A model generated the notes under the pieces. The model made no database searches. It saw only the letters and a list, made by a program, of their open reading frames with translations, and had not been told where the DNA came from. Of a DNA stretch of 64,000 nt, positions 9,720 through 19,344 are shown in pieces. This DNA is from Candidatus Marinacidobacterales bacterium (GTDB lineage: Bacteria; Acidobacteriota; Vicinamibacteria; Marinacidobacterales; SMYC01). Where the stretch lies: the NCBI GenBank assembly GCA_965237955.1, contig OZ250169.1, forward strand, positions 6,656,001-6,720,000, given 5' to 3'. A program made the position numbers and the translations under genes. The stretch's first letter is position 1. The number at the start of each line of letters is the position of its first letter.

Positions 9720-11327
9720 TTAGAGCTGGATCTGGACGAGGTCAGGCTCTTCCACACCTTTACAGACGCGGCAGGTCTTGGACTCGAGGACGTCTTCCCA
9801 CATCGTCGTGCGCAGACGACGCCATTTCTCGCCCGTCCAAATCTCTTCGATGGATTGTTCGTGAACGTTTCCCATGTTCAGCGTGCCTTCGTAATCCGTG
9901 CAGCACACGGTGACGGTGCCGTCCCACAGGATCACGAACTGTTCGTTCGGCGCGGGGCAATAGCCGTCGACTTTCTGCTTCACGGCTTCACCCTGGATGA
10001 TGTTGCCCCAGGTGTGGAGCTCTTTCCAAAGAATGTCGACGCCAGGGAGGATCTCGTAGCGGCCGGTGTCGGCGTCGTGCTCGAGGAAACGGAACCCGCC
10101 GTCGACGAAGTTGATATCGTGCCGCTTCGGCGGTAACCCGAACTTGCGCTCGATCGAGCGTGCAAACGAGATCCAATCGAGCATGACCCGGTCCGCCTGG
10201 CTGTTCGAGCCCACAATTCGGATCTCCGGTGAGCCGAGCGTGTTCATGATGTCGATCTCGAGCTTGGTGGAAGCACCTTTGGCGATCTTCCGCTCGACCG
10301 CCATGCGCACCTTCTCGAGATAGATGTCGAACGTCAGCTTCTTGTTCTTGGCTTTGCGCGTCTCGAACGACTCCTCGTCGGGCGTCTGGTAGCTGAGGAT
10401 GAAACTGGTCAGCCCCGCGTCGTAGAGGCCGTCGACGAGCTCCTCGGTGAGCAGGCTGCAGTTCGTGTTGAGCTCGATGGGAAGCCCCTTCTCCTGCTCG
10501 GCATAGCGAACGATGTCGACGAGGCGTGGGTGGATCGAAGGCTCTCCCATTTGGTGGAGCTTGATCGGGTAGAGCGGACCTAAACGGTGTTTTTCACGAG
10601 CGACTTGGTCGAATATCTTGCGCGCGTCGTCGTAGTCCATCATGCCGCGCTCGCGTTCCATGATCTCGTCGGGGCAGAACGTGCAGTGGAAATTGCAGAG
10701 GTTCGTGATCTCCACGAAGAGCCACCATATCGGGTACACGCGCTCCGGCGATTTGCGGATAGAAGGAAGCGGCGCGATTTCGGGAAACGCCGACAAATCG
10801 TCGGACATTTCTTTGTCGTCTTTGTCTGGGGCCCTTACCGAGACGCGTCCGACGTGAAAGTCCTGCCGGATCTCCATTCGGAAGCTCGCATCGACGTTTT
10901 GCACTCTTTTTGGATCGAAATCGAAATCCTCGATGATGAACAGCGCCTTCTTCCATGCCGGCTCATCGAGCGCGACGCCGTCCCAACGCTGCTCGGCTTC
11001 TTTGTAAAGGCCTTCGTAGGGAGCGTCGTGATCGGTGGACACGTATTGGAGACGAAACGGCGCGAACTCCCTTCCGTAGTAGTCGACTTCGATGACGGTG
11101 CGTGCGCCGAGCTGCTCGCGCAACTCGCTGTGAACCCAATAGTAGAGGTACTGTGACCACGCCTCGGGCGTGACCGCGGCGCGCCCTCCCTTTTCGACGA
11201 TGTCGTAGCGTCCATCGCCTTCGTTCACGAGACGAAGGAGCGCGCTCCCCTCGTCCGGCAGAACGAGCTCGGCGCCCACCGAAGCCGCCCCTCGTCCGAG
11301 AACGCGATCAAGCAGAGTCGCCATCAT
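9720..11327 (-). CDS. Radical SAM protein with SPASM/Twitch domain and N-terminal extra domain
   Basis: EITNLCNFHCTFC (CxxxCxxC), MGEP, C-terminal YCPAP...DGTVTVCC...CRVC. ATG 11327 or 11324. Confidence 0.88.
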   Translation of the reverse strand: MMATLLDRVLGRGAASVGAELVLPDEGSALLRLVNEGDGRYDIVEKGGRAAVTPEAWSQYLYYWVHSELREQLGARTVIEVDYYGREFAPFRLQYVSTDHDAPYEGLYKEAEQRWDGVALDEPAWKKALFIIEDFDFDPKRVQNVDASFRMEIRQDFHVGRVSVRAPDKDDKEMSDDLSAFPEIAPLPSIRKSPERVYPIWWLFVEITNLCNFHCTFCPDEIMERERGMMDYDDARKIFDQVAREKHRLGPLYPIKLHQMGEPSIHPRLVDIVRYAEQEKGLPIELNTNCSLLTEELVDGLYDAGLTSFILSYQTPDEESFETRKAKNKKLTFDIYLEKVRMAVERKIAKGASTKLEIDIMNTLGSPEIRIVGSNSQADRVMLDWISFARSIERKFGLPPKRHDINFVDGGFRFLEHDADTGRYEILPGVDILWKELHTWGNIIQGEAVKQKVDGYCPAPNEQFVILWDGTVTVCCTDYEGTLNMGNVHEQSIEEIWTGEKWRRLRTTMWEDVLESKTCRVCKGVEEPDLVQIQL

Positions 11328-12336
11328 CGGTCTCCGGGTCGTCGCGCGGGCCAAAAAAGCTCGCGACAATCTCGTCTATCCATGGCTCAATGGCATAGTA
11401 CACCTGATTGCGAGCGTTGAACTTGTAGATATAGCTTTTTTCGTCCTCGACGAAATAGACGGTCCGCTCAAGGTAGTCCGCGAGCTGGGTCTCGACGTAG
11501 TAGAGCGTCGAGATGGCCCCCACGTCCTCCAGAACTTCGTGCCGCACGAGCCGGTAAGTGTCACCGAGGAGCTCGGTCCGCTCGGCATAGAACAGCTCGA
11601 CGGTCGTTTCTGGCGCCACCTTGTTGACGGTAACCTCGAGGGTCGCGTGCACGGTGGCGCCTTCTTTCTCGACCGCGAGCGGCGTGCTTCGAAAACCGAC
11701 GAACAGCGATTCGCCCGAATCCGCCGCGGTATGGGTGCGCTCCCAGCTGCGCGGGTGTTTGATGACGATGTCGCCGCCGGGAGCCACATACGCTTCGAAG
11801 AACTCACCTCGCTCCAGCGAGAACTCGTCGAACATACGCACGATGGCCTCGTCGTAAGCCTCGAGCGTTCTCGCCTCGCCTCGGACGTACAAGCCGTAGA
11901 GCGTTCCGTCGACGTCGGTCAGCATCAAGCGCGAGCTCTCTTCGCCGTCGTCAGAGAGGAAACTCCAGAACTTGCCTTCCCGCCCCTCCAGCTCGTACAT
12001 TTCTTCGACCTCGACGTTGAGTCCACCTTTGAATCGCTCGGCAACGTCGTCGACCACACCGTCGGGCATCGGACCAGCCAACACCTGAGCGCGTATCCCC
12101 GCTCGCTCGGAAACGTCGACGGAGCGACCCGTGAACGTTTGCATGTGGAAGCCGCCTTGCTGTGTAGCCTCGTCCGCGGTCCACCCTTGAGGCAACGGGA
12201 ACGAGACCTTCAACGACGGGTTGTAGACGGTGATGAGCGCAGGCGTGGCGCGGATCTCGCAGCCAACGAGCGCAAGCGCTATCAGCGGCAGAGCGAAGGC
12301 CACCCGAGCTCGTGCAAGCATGGCATGTCCATCCAT
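11308..12336 (-). CDS. Hypothetical lipoprotein (two PsbP-like repeats possible)
   Basis: Lipobox LVGC; repeated SFPLPQGW / IKHPRSW segments; start overlaps guaB stop. Confidence 0.65.
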   Translation of the reverse strand: MDGHAMLARARVAFALPLIALALVGCEIRATPALITVYNPSLKVSFPLPQGWTADEATQQGGFHMQTFTGRSVDVSERAGIRAQVLAGPMPDGVVDDVAERFKGGLNVEVEEMYELEGREGKFWSFLSDDGEESSRLMLTDVDGTLYGLYVRGEARTLEAYDEAIVRMFDEFSLERGEFFEAYVAPGGDIVIKHPRSWERTHTAADSGESLFVGFRSTPLAVEKEGATVHATLEVTVNKVAPETTVELFYAERTELLGDTYRLVRHEVLEDVGAISTLYYVETQLADYLERTVYFVEDEKSYIYKFNARNQVYYAIEPWIDEIVASFFGPRDDPETDDGDSA

Positions 12337-13793
12337 CAGTCCAGCTGATAGTTCGGTGCTTCCTTTGTGATGATGACGTCGTGAACGTGGCCTTCGCGAT
12401 GTCCCGCGGCGGTCACCCGGACGAATTTTGCTTTCTTCTGGAGCTCGGGGATGCTATCGGCGCCGCAATAACCCATGCCGGAGCGCAACCCGCCGACGAG
12501 CTGATCGACGACGCCGTGGAGAGCACCTTTGTAGGGAACACGGCCTTCGATCCCCTCGGCAACGAGCTTTTCGGTCTCGACGTCCTGCTGGAAGTAGCGG
12601 TCCTTGGTCGCATCGCTCATCGCACCTAACGAGCCCATGCCCCGATACGTCTTGAACGTGCGGCCTTGATAGAGGATCTGTTCTCCCGGACTTTCCGCGG
12701 TTCCCGCAAAGAGACTACCGATCATCACGCACTGCGCACCTGCGGCAATCGCTTTCACGACATCGCCGCTGAACCTGATCCCGCCGTCGGCGATGAGCGG
12801 CACGTCGTGCTTCGCCGCCACCTCGGCGCAGTCGAGGATCGCCGTCATTTGCGGCATGCCCGCGCCAGAGATGATACGCGTCGTACAAATCGAGCCCGGC
12901 CCCATGCCTATCTTGACCGCATCGACGCCGGCGCTGATGAGATCCGCCGCCGCCGCGCCGGTCCCGACGTTGCCGGCAACGATATCCACACCCGAGACGA
13001 TACCGCGAAGCTTCTCGACGGTCTCGAGCACGCCGCGGCTATGGCCGTGAGCCGTGTCGACGACGATGACGTCGGCTTTCGCATCGATGAGAAGCTTGGC
13101 CCGTTCGAGGGCTTCGTCTCCTACGCCGATCGCGGCGCCTACGAGGAGACGGCCGAGATCGTCCTTCGCGGAGTTGGGGTACTTCATCGCCTTTTGGATG
13201 TCTTTGACAGTGATGAGCCCCTTCAGCTGGTAGTCCTCGTCGACAACGAGAAGTTTTTCGACACGATGTTCGTGAAGAAGAGCACGCGCCTCATCGAGCG
13301 TCGTTCCCACCGCCACTGTGATCAAGTTCTCCTTGGTCATGACATCGGAGATCGGAAGCTCGAGTCTCGTCTCGAACCGAAGATCCCGATTGGTGAGGAT
13401 GCCCAGGAGCCGCCCGCCATCCGTGATCGGTACGCCGGAAATGCGGTATTTCGACATCAGCGCGAGCGCATCCGAGATCGGCCGATCGGCACCGATAGTG
13501 ATCGGGTCGACGATCATGCCGCTCTCCGAGCGTTTGACCTTGTCGATTTCGTCCGCCTGGTCCTCGGGCGCAACGTTTCGATGGACGATGCCGAGCCCGC
13601 CGAGCTGCGCAATAGCGATCGCGAGTCGCGACTCCGTCACCGTATCCATGCTCGCGCTCACGATGGGAATCTTGAGGCGAATGTTGCGCGTGATCCGAGT
13701 CGTGACGTCGACCTGAGACGGCAAAACGTCGGATTTTTGGGGGACGAGTAGAACGTCTTCGAATGTAAGGGCTTCTTTGAAGTTCTCTCTCAC
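12336..13793 (-). CDS. guaB: IMP dehydrogenase
   Basis: [23 protein letters not shown] pair, [11 protein letters not shown] active site, [14 protein letters not shown]. Confidence 0.98.
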   Translation of the reverse strand: MRENFKEALTFEDVLLVPQKSDVLPSQVDVTTRITRNIRLKIPIVSASMDTVTESRLAIAIAQLGGLGIVHRNVAPEDQADEIDKVKRSESGMIVDPITIGADRPISDALALMSKYRISGVPITDGGRLLGILTNRDLRFETRLELPISDVMTKENLITVAVGTTLDEARALLHEHRVEKLLVVDEDYQLKGLITVKDIQKAMKYPNSAKDDLGRLLVGAAIGVGDEALERAKLLIDAKADVIVVDTAHGHSRGVLETVEKLRGIVSGVDIVAGNVGTGAAAADLISAGVDAVKIGMGPGSICTTRIISGAGMPQMTAILDCAEVAAKHDVPLIADGGIRFSGDVVKAIAAGAQCVMIGSLFAGTAESPGEQILYQGRTFKTYRGMGSLGAMSDATKDRYFQQDVETEKLVAEGIEGRVPYKGALHGVVDQLVGGLRSGMGYCGADSIPELQKKAKFVRVTAAGHREGHVHDVIITKEAPNYQLD

Positions 13794-13820
13794 GGAAACC
13801 TTTTCACGCTAACGTGCCGC

Positions 13821-16592
13821 TCAGCCGGCCGCACCACAGCACTTCTTGTACTTCTTGCCACTCCCGCAGGGACAGGGTGCGTTCCGGCCGACCTTGGCCG
13901 TGGAACGCTTGACGGTGGTGACGGCCGCATCGACACCGCCTTGCGATTCCCGTCGCGGACCGACCGAGCTTGGCCCGTCGAAGGCCGACAGGGTGGCGGC
14001 GGGATCATTGAAAGACAGACGCGACGGCCGCATCGGTGGAGCCGATGCGAACGCCGGCTCTCGCACCGGCTGCAGCAAGAACAGGATCCGGACGATCTCG
14101 TCTTCGACGCGATACCACATCGCCTTGAACATGCTGAAGCTTTCCTTTTTGTACTCCATGAGCGGATCGCGCTGGCCGTAGCCCCTGAGGCCAATCCCCT
14201 CTTTGAGGTGATCCATAGCATACAGATGATCTTTCCACTGCGAATCGACGACCTGCAACATGATGATGCGCTCGTGGGTGCGCATCAGATCGGGACCAAT
14301 CGCCGTCTCCTTGTTCTCGTATTTCTCGTGGATCCTCTTGGTGAGCTCTTCCTCAATCTCGTTCCGGTTCAGCCCGTCCCAATCGATTTGAGCGAGCGTG
14401 GTGGCGTTGAACCCGTATTGAGCGGAGACCGCCGTCCGAAATCCGTCGAGATCCCATTCCTCGACGTTGAGGTCCGCCGCCAAGTGCTGGTCGAGGAGGT
14501 CGTCGAGAATCTTATCCGCAAGCTCGAGGATGTATTCGCGCTGCTCTTTCCCGTCTAGAATGTCGCGGCGCAGACGGTAGATGGCGACGCGCTGCTTGTT
14601 CATCACGTCGTCGTATTCGAGCAGATGTTTGCGGATGGAGAAGTTCTGGCCCTCGACTTGTTTCTGGGCTCGCTCGATGGCGTTGGTCACCATTTTGTGC
14701 TCGATGGGAACACCCTCTTCCATGCCCATCTTCTGCATGAGACCGCTGATGCGATCGCTCCCGAAAATACGCATCAAATCGTCTTCGAGGGAGAGGAAAA
14801 AGCGCGAGCTTCCAGGATCGCCCTGGCGTCCGGCACGACCTCGAAGCTGGTTGTCGATGCGCCGTGATTCGTGCCGCTCGGTTGCAAGGATGTGAAGACC
14901 TTCAGCCTCGACGACGTCTTCGTGCGCCTCTGCGGCCTCTTTTTTTGCAACCTCGAGGGCTTCCTCCCACACCTCCGGCTCGACTTCCATCGGATCGAGC
15001 TTCTTTTTCTTGAGCGCGACCCGCGCCGCATACTCGGGGTTACCGCCGAGAAGAATATCGGTGCCGCGCCCGGCCATGTTGGTGGCGATGGTCACCGCAC
15101 TCGGACGACCCGCCTGCGCGACGATCTCCGCTTCCATCTGGTGGTATTTGGCGTTGAGGACGACGTGTTTGATACCGCTTCGCTTGAGCACCTGGGAGAG
15201 CTTCTCACTCTTGCCGATCGACGTCGTACCGACGAGAGTCGGACGCCCAGCATCGACCATCTCACGAATCTCTTCGGCGATGGCGGTCAGCTTCTCCCGC
15301 TCCGTCCGGTACACCAGGTCGGCGTACTCGTGTCGGATGAGCGTGCGATTCGTCGGGACAGGAATGACCTCGAGCTCGTAGATCTTCTCGAACTCCGCCG
15401 CTTCCGTCTCCGCGGTACCCGTCATCCCCGCAAGCTTGTCGTACATGCGGAAGTAGTTCTGAAACGTGATCGTCGCGAGCGTCTGGTTCTCCCGCTCGAT
15501 CTTGACGTGCTCTTTCGCTTCGACCGCTTGGTGAAGACCGTCCGACCAGCGCCGGCCCGGCATGAGACGGCCGGTGAACTCGTCCACGATGACGACCTGG
15601 TTGTCCTTGATCATGTAGTCGATATCGCGCTTGTAGAGCGTGTGGGCCCGGAGCGCCTGATACACATGGTGCAGGATGTGCATCTGCTCCGGGTCGTAGA
15701 CGTTGTCGACACCGAGGAGCTTCTCGACGCTCGGAACTCCGTCTTCGGTCAGCGTCACCGTGCGGGTCTTCTCGTCGACGGTGAAGTCGAGATCACGGCG
15801 AAGTTTGGGGATGATCTGGTCCACTTTGTAGTAGAGATCCGTCGACTCTTCCGCCGGACCGCTAATAATGAGGGGAGTCCGGGCCTCGTCGATGAGGATC
15901 GAGTCCACCTCGTCCACGATGGCGAAGTGGAAGAGCTTTTCGACTTCCTTGCCGTCAGCGGATTTCCTGACCTTGGGAAACAGCTGGTGCACGTACAACG
16001 ACGGGTCGAACTTCATGTTGTCGCGCAGATAGTCGAAGCCGAGCTCGTTGTTCGTTCCGTAACTGACGTCGCAGCGATAGGCCTCTTGCCGCTCGATGTC
16101 CGTCATATCGTGCTGGATGATGCCCACACTCAGACCGAGAAACTTGTAGAGCTTCCCCATCCACTCGGCATCGCGGCGGGCAAGGTAATCGTTGACGGTG
16201 ACAACGTGAGCGCCTTTGCCGGTGAGCGCGTTCAGATAAATCGGAAGCGTCGCCACGAGGGTCTTGCCCTCACCCGTCTTCATCTCGGCGATCTTGCCCT
16301 GGTGGAGCACCATGCCGCCGATGAGCTGGACGTCGAAGTGGCGCATCTCGAGCACGCGCCAGCTCGCCTCGCGTGCGACAGCAAAGACTTCGGGCAGGAG
16401 GTCGTCGAGGGTCTCGCCCTTCTCGAGCCGGGCCTTGAACTCCGTCGTTTTCGCTGCGAGCTCATCGTCGGACAGTGCTTTGATGGACGGCTCGAGCTCG
16501 TTGATGACCTCGACGCTCGGCCACATCTTCTTGAGCTCGCGCTCGGAGTTGCTCCCGAAGACTTTGGTGAGAATCGTGTTAACAACAGACAT
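13821..16592 (-). CDS. secA: Preprotein translocase ATPase SecA
   Basis: [49 protein letters not shown]-terminal [19 protein letters not shown]. Confidence 0.99.
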   Translation of the reverse strand: MSVVNTILTKVFGSNSERELKKMWPSVEVINELEPSIKALSDDELAAKTTEFKARLEKGETLDDLLPEVFAVAREASWRVLEMRHFDVQLIGGMVLHQGKIAEMKTGEGKTLVATLPIYLNALTGKGAHVVTVNDYLARRDAEWMGKLYKFLGLSVGIIQHDMTDIERQEAYRCDVSYGTNNELGFDYLRDNMKFDPSLYVHQLFPKVRKSADGKEVEKLFHFAIVDEVDSILIDEARTPLIISGPAEESTDLYYKVDQIIPKLRRDLDFTVDEKTRTVTLTEDGVPSVEKLLGVDNVYDPEQMHILHHVYQALRAHTLYKRDIDYMIKDNQVVIVDEFTGRLMPGRRWSDGLHQAVEAKEHVKIERENQTLATITFQNYFRMYDKLAGMTGTAETEAAEFEKIYELEVIPVPTNRTLIRHEYADLVYRTEREKLTAIAEEIREMVDAGRPTLVGTTSIGKSEKLSQVLKRSGIKHVVLNAKYHQMEAEIVAQAGRPSAVTIATNMAGRGTDILLGGNPEYAARVALKKKKLDPMEVEPEVWEEALEVAKKEAAEAHEDVVEAEGLHILATERHESRRIDNQLRGRAGRQGDPGSSRFFLSLEDDLMRIFGSDRISGLMQKMGMEEGVPIEHKMVTNAIERAQKQVEGQNFSIRKHLLEYDDVMNKQRVAIYRLRRDILDGKEQREYILELADKILDDLLDQHLAADLNVEEWDLDGFRTAVSAQYGFNATTLAQIDWDGLNRNEIEEELTKRIHEKYENKETAIGPDLMRTHERIIMLQVVDSQWKDHLYAMDHLKEGIGLRGYGQRDPLMEYKKESFSMFKAMWYRVEDEIVRILFLLQPVREPAFASAPPMRPSRLSFNDPAATLSAFDGPSSVGPRRESQGGVDAAVTTVKRSTAKVGRNAPCPCGSGKKYKKCCGAAG

Positions 16593-16659
16593 AAGAACGC
16601 ATAGGCCCTAGTTGAAAATATCTTAGTCTAACAGAGGGGTTTGGACCGGGCAAACCCAC

Positions 16660-16780
16660 GGGACATCACCGGTTCGATACGAAAACGCTTGCGCCCTTCG
16701 ATGCGATAGACGGAGAAGTCTCGTCGATCGGTGGTAAAGACGCGGTCGGTGCCAAGCTCTTCCGCAAGCACCAGACAACG
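16660..16780 (-). pseudogene. C-terminal remnant of a PIN-domain (VapC-like) toxin
   Basis: LVLAEELGTDRVFTTDRRDFSVYR resembles PIN C-termini; no N-terminus. Confidence 0.6.
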
Positions 16781-17095
16781 TCTATTGGGAGAGCCACGAC
16801 ATCGTACGCATGGTCGCGGCCCTCCCAGGCCTCGAGAAGGAGTCACTCGAGGCGCGCGTCGAAGAGCTCACCCGCGAGTACAGCGAGCTATCCGACCTAA
16901 ATCAGGCCTCGAAGCCCGACAACGAAATCCCGCTCGCGTGACTTACTTCTTCTTGACGTAGCTCGAGTGGAGCGGCCGGTTGTCCCCGCGGACTCGGTAC
17001 TCGAAGATGGCCGCGTCGACGTTTTCCGACGAGCGCCGCTCCATGGTTTTGGAAATCGACTCCGTCCGGACGGAGGACGTGAGAAAAAAATAAGC

Positions 17096-17123
17096 TTGAC
17101 TAGCGGTGCAGCTATGTTATAGA
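17096..17123 (+). promoter_or_regulatory. Sigma70-type promoter inside the IS1182 left end
   Basis: TTGACT-N16-TATAGA with TG extended -10; ATG follows at 17133. Confidence 0.55.
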
Positions 17124-17132
17124 GTGACCAGC

Positions 17133-17336
17133 ATGGGATACGTGACAAAGCTGCAGGTGATCAAGCGAGCCAACGACACCCGTCAGTTCTATGTGATTTG
17201 CCCGTCACCTTTAGCCCAGGCGCTAGAGATGGAGCCGGGCGAGGAGCTGGAGTGGGTGGTGGAGGATCGAAACACACTGATTGTGCGTCGGACGCCTAAG
17301 GCAAAGCGTGGGAGGAAGCGGGGTAAACGTGGGTGA
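17133..17336 (+). CDS. Small AbrB/MazE-like DNA-binding protein (67 aa)
   Basis: QFYVICPSPLAQALEMEPGEELEWVVEDRNTLIVRR swapped-hairpin pattern; basic tail. Confidence 0.75.
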   Translation: MGYVTKLQVIKRANDTRQFYVICPSPLAQALEMEPGEELEWVVEDRNTLIVRRTPKAKRGRKRGKRG

Positions 17337-17899
17337 TAAGCAAACGTCACTTCCAGGCTTTCCGAGTCCGCGAAAACGCAGCGATGGTGATGACGGCGAT
17401 GAGGGAGCGCGCGTGACACAAGCTCGGTTGAAGGTGGTCGATAGGGCGCAGCTGCTGCTGCGGACGGTCGACGTGGAGCGTTTGATCCCAGAGGATCACC
17501 CAGCGCGTGCGATCTGGGAGTTCGTGGGTCGGCCGGATCTCAGCGGGTACACGGATCAAGTCCGCTCGGTCGCGGGTGGCGCAGGCCGGCCTGCGTTTGA
17601 TCCTCAGCTACTGGTGAGCCTGTGGGTCTACAGCTACAGCCAAGCCGTGAGTTCGGCCCGCGCGGTTGAGCGGCTGTGCGAACATCATCCGGCGTATCAA
17701 TGGCTCAGCGGAATGCAGAGCATCAGTGCGCACACGCTGTCGGACATTCGGATGATTCATAGGGAGATCCTGGACGAGTTGTTTGTGCAAGCTCTGGGAG
17801 TTCTGAGTTCGGACGGATTGATCACGCTCGAGCGAGTCATGCTGGATGGGACGAAGGTGCGCGCGAACGCTTCGTCGAGTGGATTTCGCCGCAAGCCGA

Positions 17900-19344
17900 G
17901 GAGATGCCCCTGAGATAGTTGAAGGTTAGGAGTGGCGGCTCCTAAGGCCGGGTTCGATAGAATCCGGCTGTGAAGGAAAAAGAAAGGAGCCACCACGATG
18001 TCAAATTACCAAATCATCGATGCGAAGAACAGGAAGAAGCTTCGAGAGATACTGAGCTCGAAGGGGCAAGCTCTGTTGCCGTTCTTGGATGCGATTGAGC
18101 GAACCGAGATAGCGATCGACGAAGTGATCGACGTTGCTGGCCGAGCGACGATCGAAGCGGTCTTGGATCTGTCAGCCCAAAGTGTGGCTGGGGAGAAACA
18201 CCCGGGGAAGAAGGGTAGCGATGTTCGCTGGCACGGCCGGCAGGGTGGCGTAGTAAGCCTTGCGGAGCGGAAGTTGAGAGTGAGCCGGCCACGTCTGCGG
18301 CGTAAGGGAAAGGCAGAGGGAGGGGAGGTTGCGATTCCTGCCTACGAAGCGGTGAACAACTCGTCTCGGCTGAGCCAACGCATCTGGGAAATCCTGATGC
18401 TGGGTGTGTCGACGCGCAAGTACGCGTCGGTTCTTCCCGAGATGGCGGAGACGGTAGGGGTTAGCAAGAGCGAGGTGAGCCGTGAGTTCGTGGAAGCAAG
18501 CGCGGAGCAGTTGCAGGGGCTGATGGAGCGTCCGCTGGACGAGCTGGAGATCGCGGTCGTGTACCTGGACGGGATTCGCTTCGGCGAGCACCACGCGCTG
18601 GCGGCAATCGGCGTAGATACAGAGGGATACAAGCATGTTCTGGGGCTTCGGGATGGAGCATCGGAGAACCAGATAGTGTGCAAGGCGCTGCTGGAGGACC
18701 TGGTCGAACGAGGCCTGAGCCCAGAGCGGTGTCGGCTGTTCGTGATCGATGGCTCCAAGGCGCTACGGGTCGCCGTCGACGCTGTGTTCGGTACCCACAA
18801 CAAGGTCCAGCGTTGCAGGAAGCACAAGGAGCGCAATGTGCTCGGTTATCTGCCGCAGGAGCTGAAGCCGCAAGTGCAAGCGAGCCTGCGTTCGGCCTGG
18901 CAGCTCCCAGCAAAGAAGGGCAAAGCGCGGTTGGAGCAACAGGCGAAGTGGCTCGAGGACGACTACCCCTCGGCGGCGGAGAGCATCCGGGAGGGGCTCG
19001 ACGAGATGTTCACCATCAACGAGCTCGACCTCCCCGCATCTCTGAAACGCTGCCTTGGATCGACGAACATCATCGAGTCGTGCTTCAGCGGTGCGCGAGG
19101 TCGTACCCGTCGCGTCACCCGCTGGCGCAATGGCAAGATGGTTCTGAGATGGGCCGCTTCGGCTCTGCTCGCCACGGAGAAAAATTTCCGTCGTATCATT
19201 GGATACCAATCGCTACCGATCCTCGAAGCGAAGTTAGCGGAGGTCACTGAGAATCAAGCGCTCGACAAGCACGCCAAAGTCGGGTAAACCATGTGTCAGG
19301 AGCCGCCACCACCTCGAACCTCCAACTATGCTGGGGGCACCTCC
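17900..19344 (+). mobile_element. IS256-family insertion sequence, copy 2 (1445 bp)
   Basis: Same IRs as copy 1; 8-bp direct repeat CAAGCCGA at 17892-17899 and 19345-19352. Confidence 0.95.
17998..19287 (+). CDS. IS256-family transposase
   Basis: 429 aa; differs from copy 1 at two residues seen (NHQ/NYQ, GVHH/GEHH). Confidence 0.95.
   Translation: MSNYQIIDAKNRKKLREILSSKGQALLPFLDAIERTEIAIDEVIDVAGRATIEAVLDLSAQSVAGEKHPGKKGSDVRWHGRQGGVVSLAERKLRVSRPRLRRKGKAEGGEVAIPAYEAVNNSSRLSQRIWEILMLGVSTRKYASVLPEMAETVGVSKSEVSREFVEASAEQLQGLMERPLDELEIAVVYLDGIRFGEHHALAAIGVDTEGYKHVLGLRDGASENQIVCKALLEDLVERGLSPERCRLFVIDGSKALRVAVDAVFGTHNKVQRCRKHKERNVLGYLPQELKPQVQASLRSAWQLPAKKGKARLEQQAKWLEDDYPSAAESIREGLDEMFTINELDLPASLKRCLGSTNIIESCFSGARGRTRRVTRWRNGKMVLRWAASALLATEKNFRRIIGYQSLPILEAKLAEVTENQALDKHAKVG

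Noticed and set aside
14871-16604. 577-aa plus-strand ORF, and similar long ORFs opposite guaB, comM and the M20 peptidase
   Set aside because: Antisense shadows expected from high-GC codon bias.
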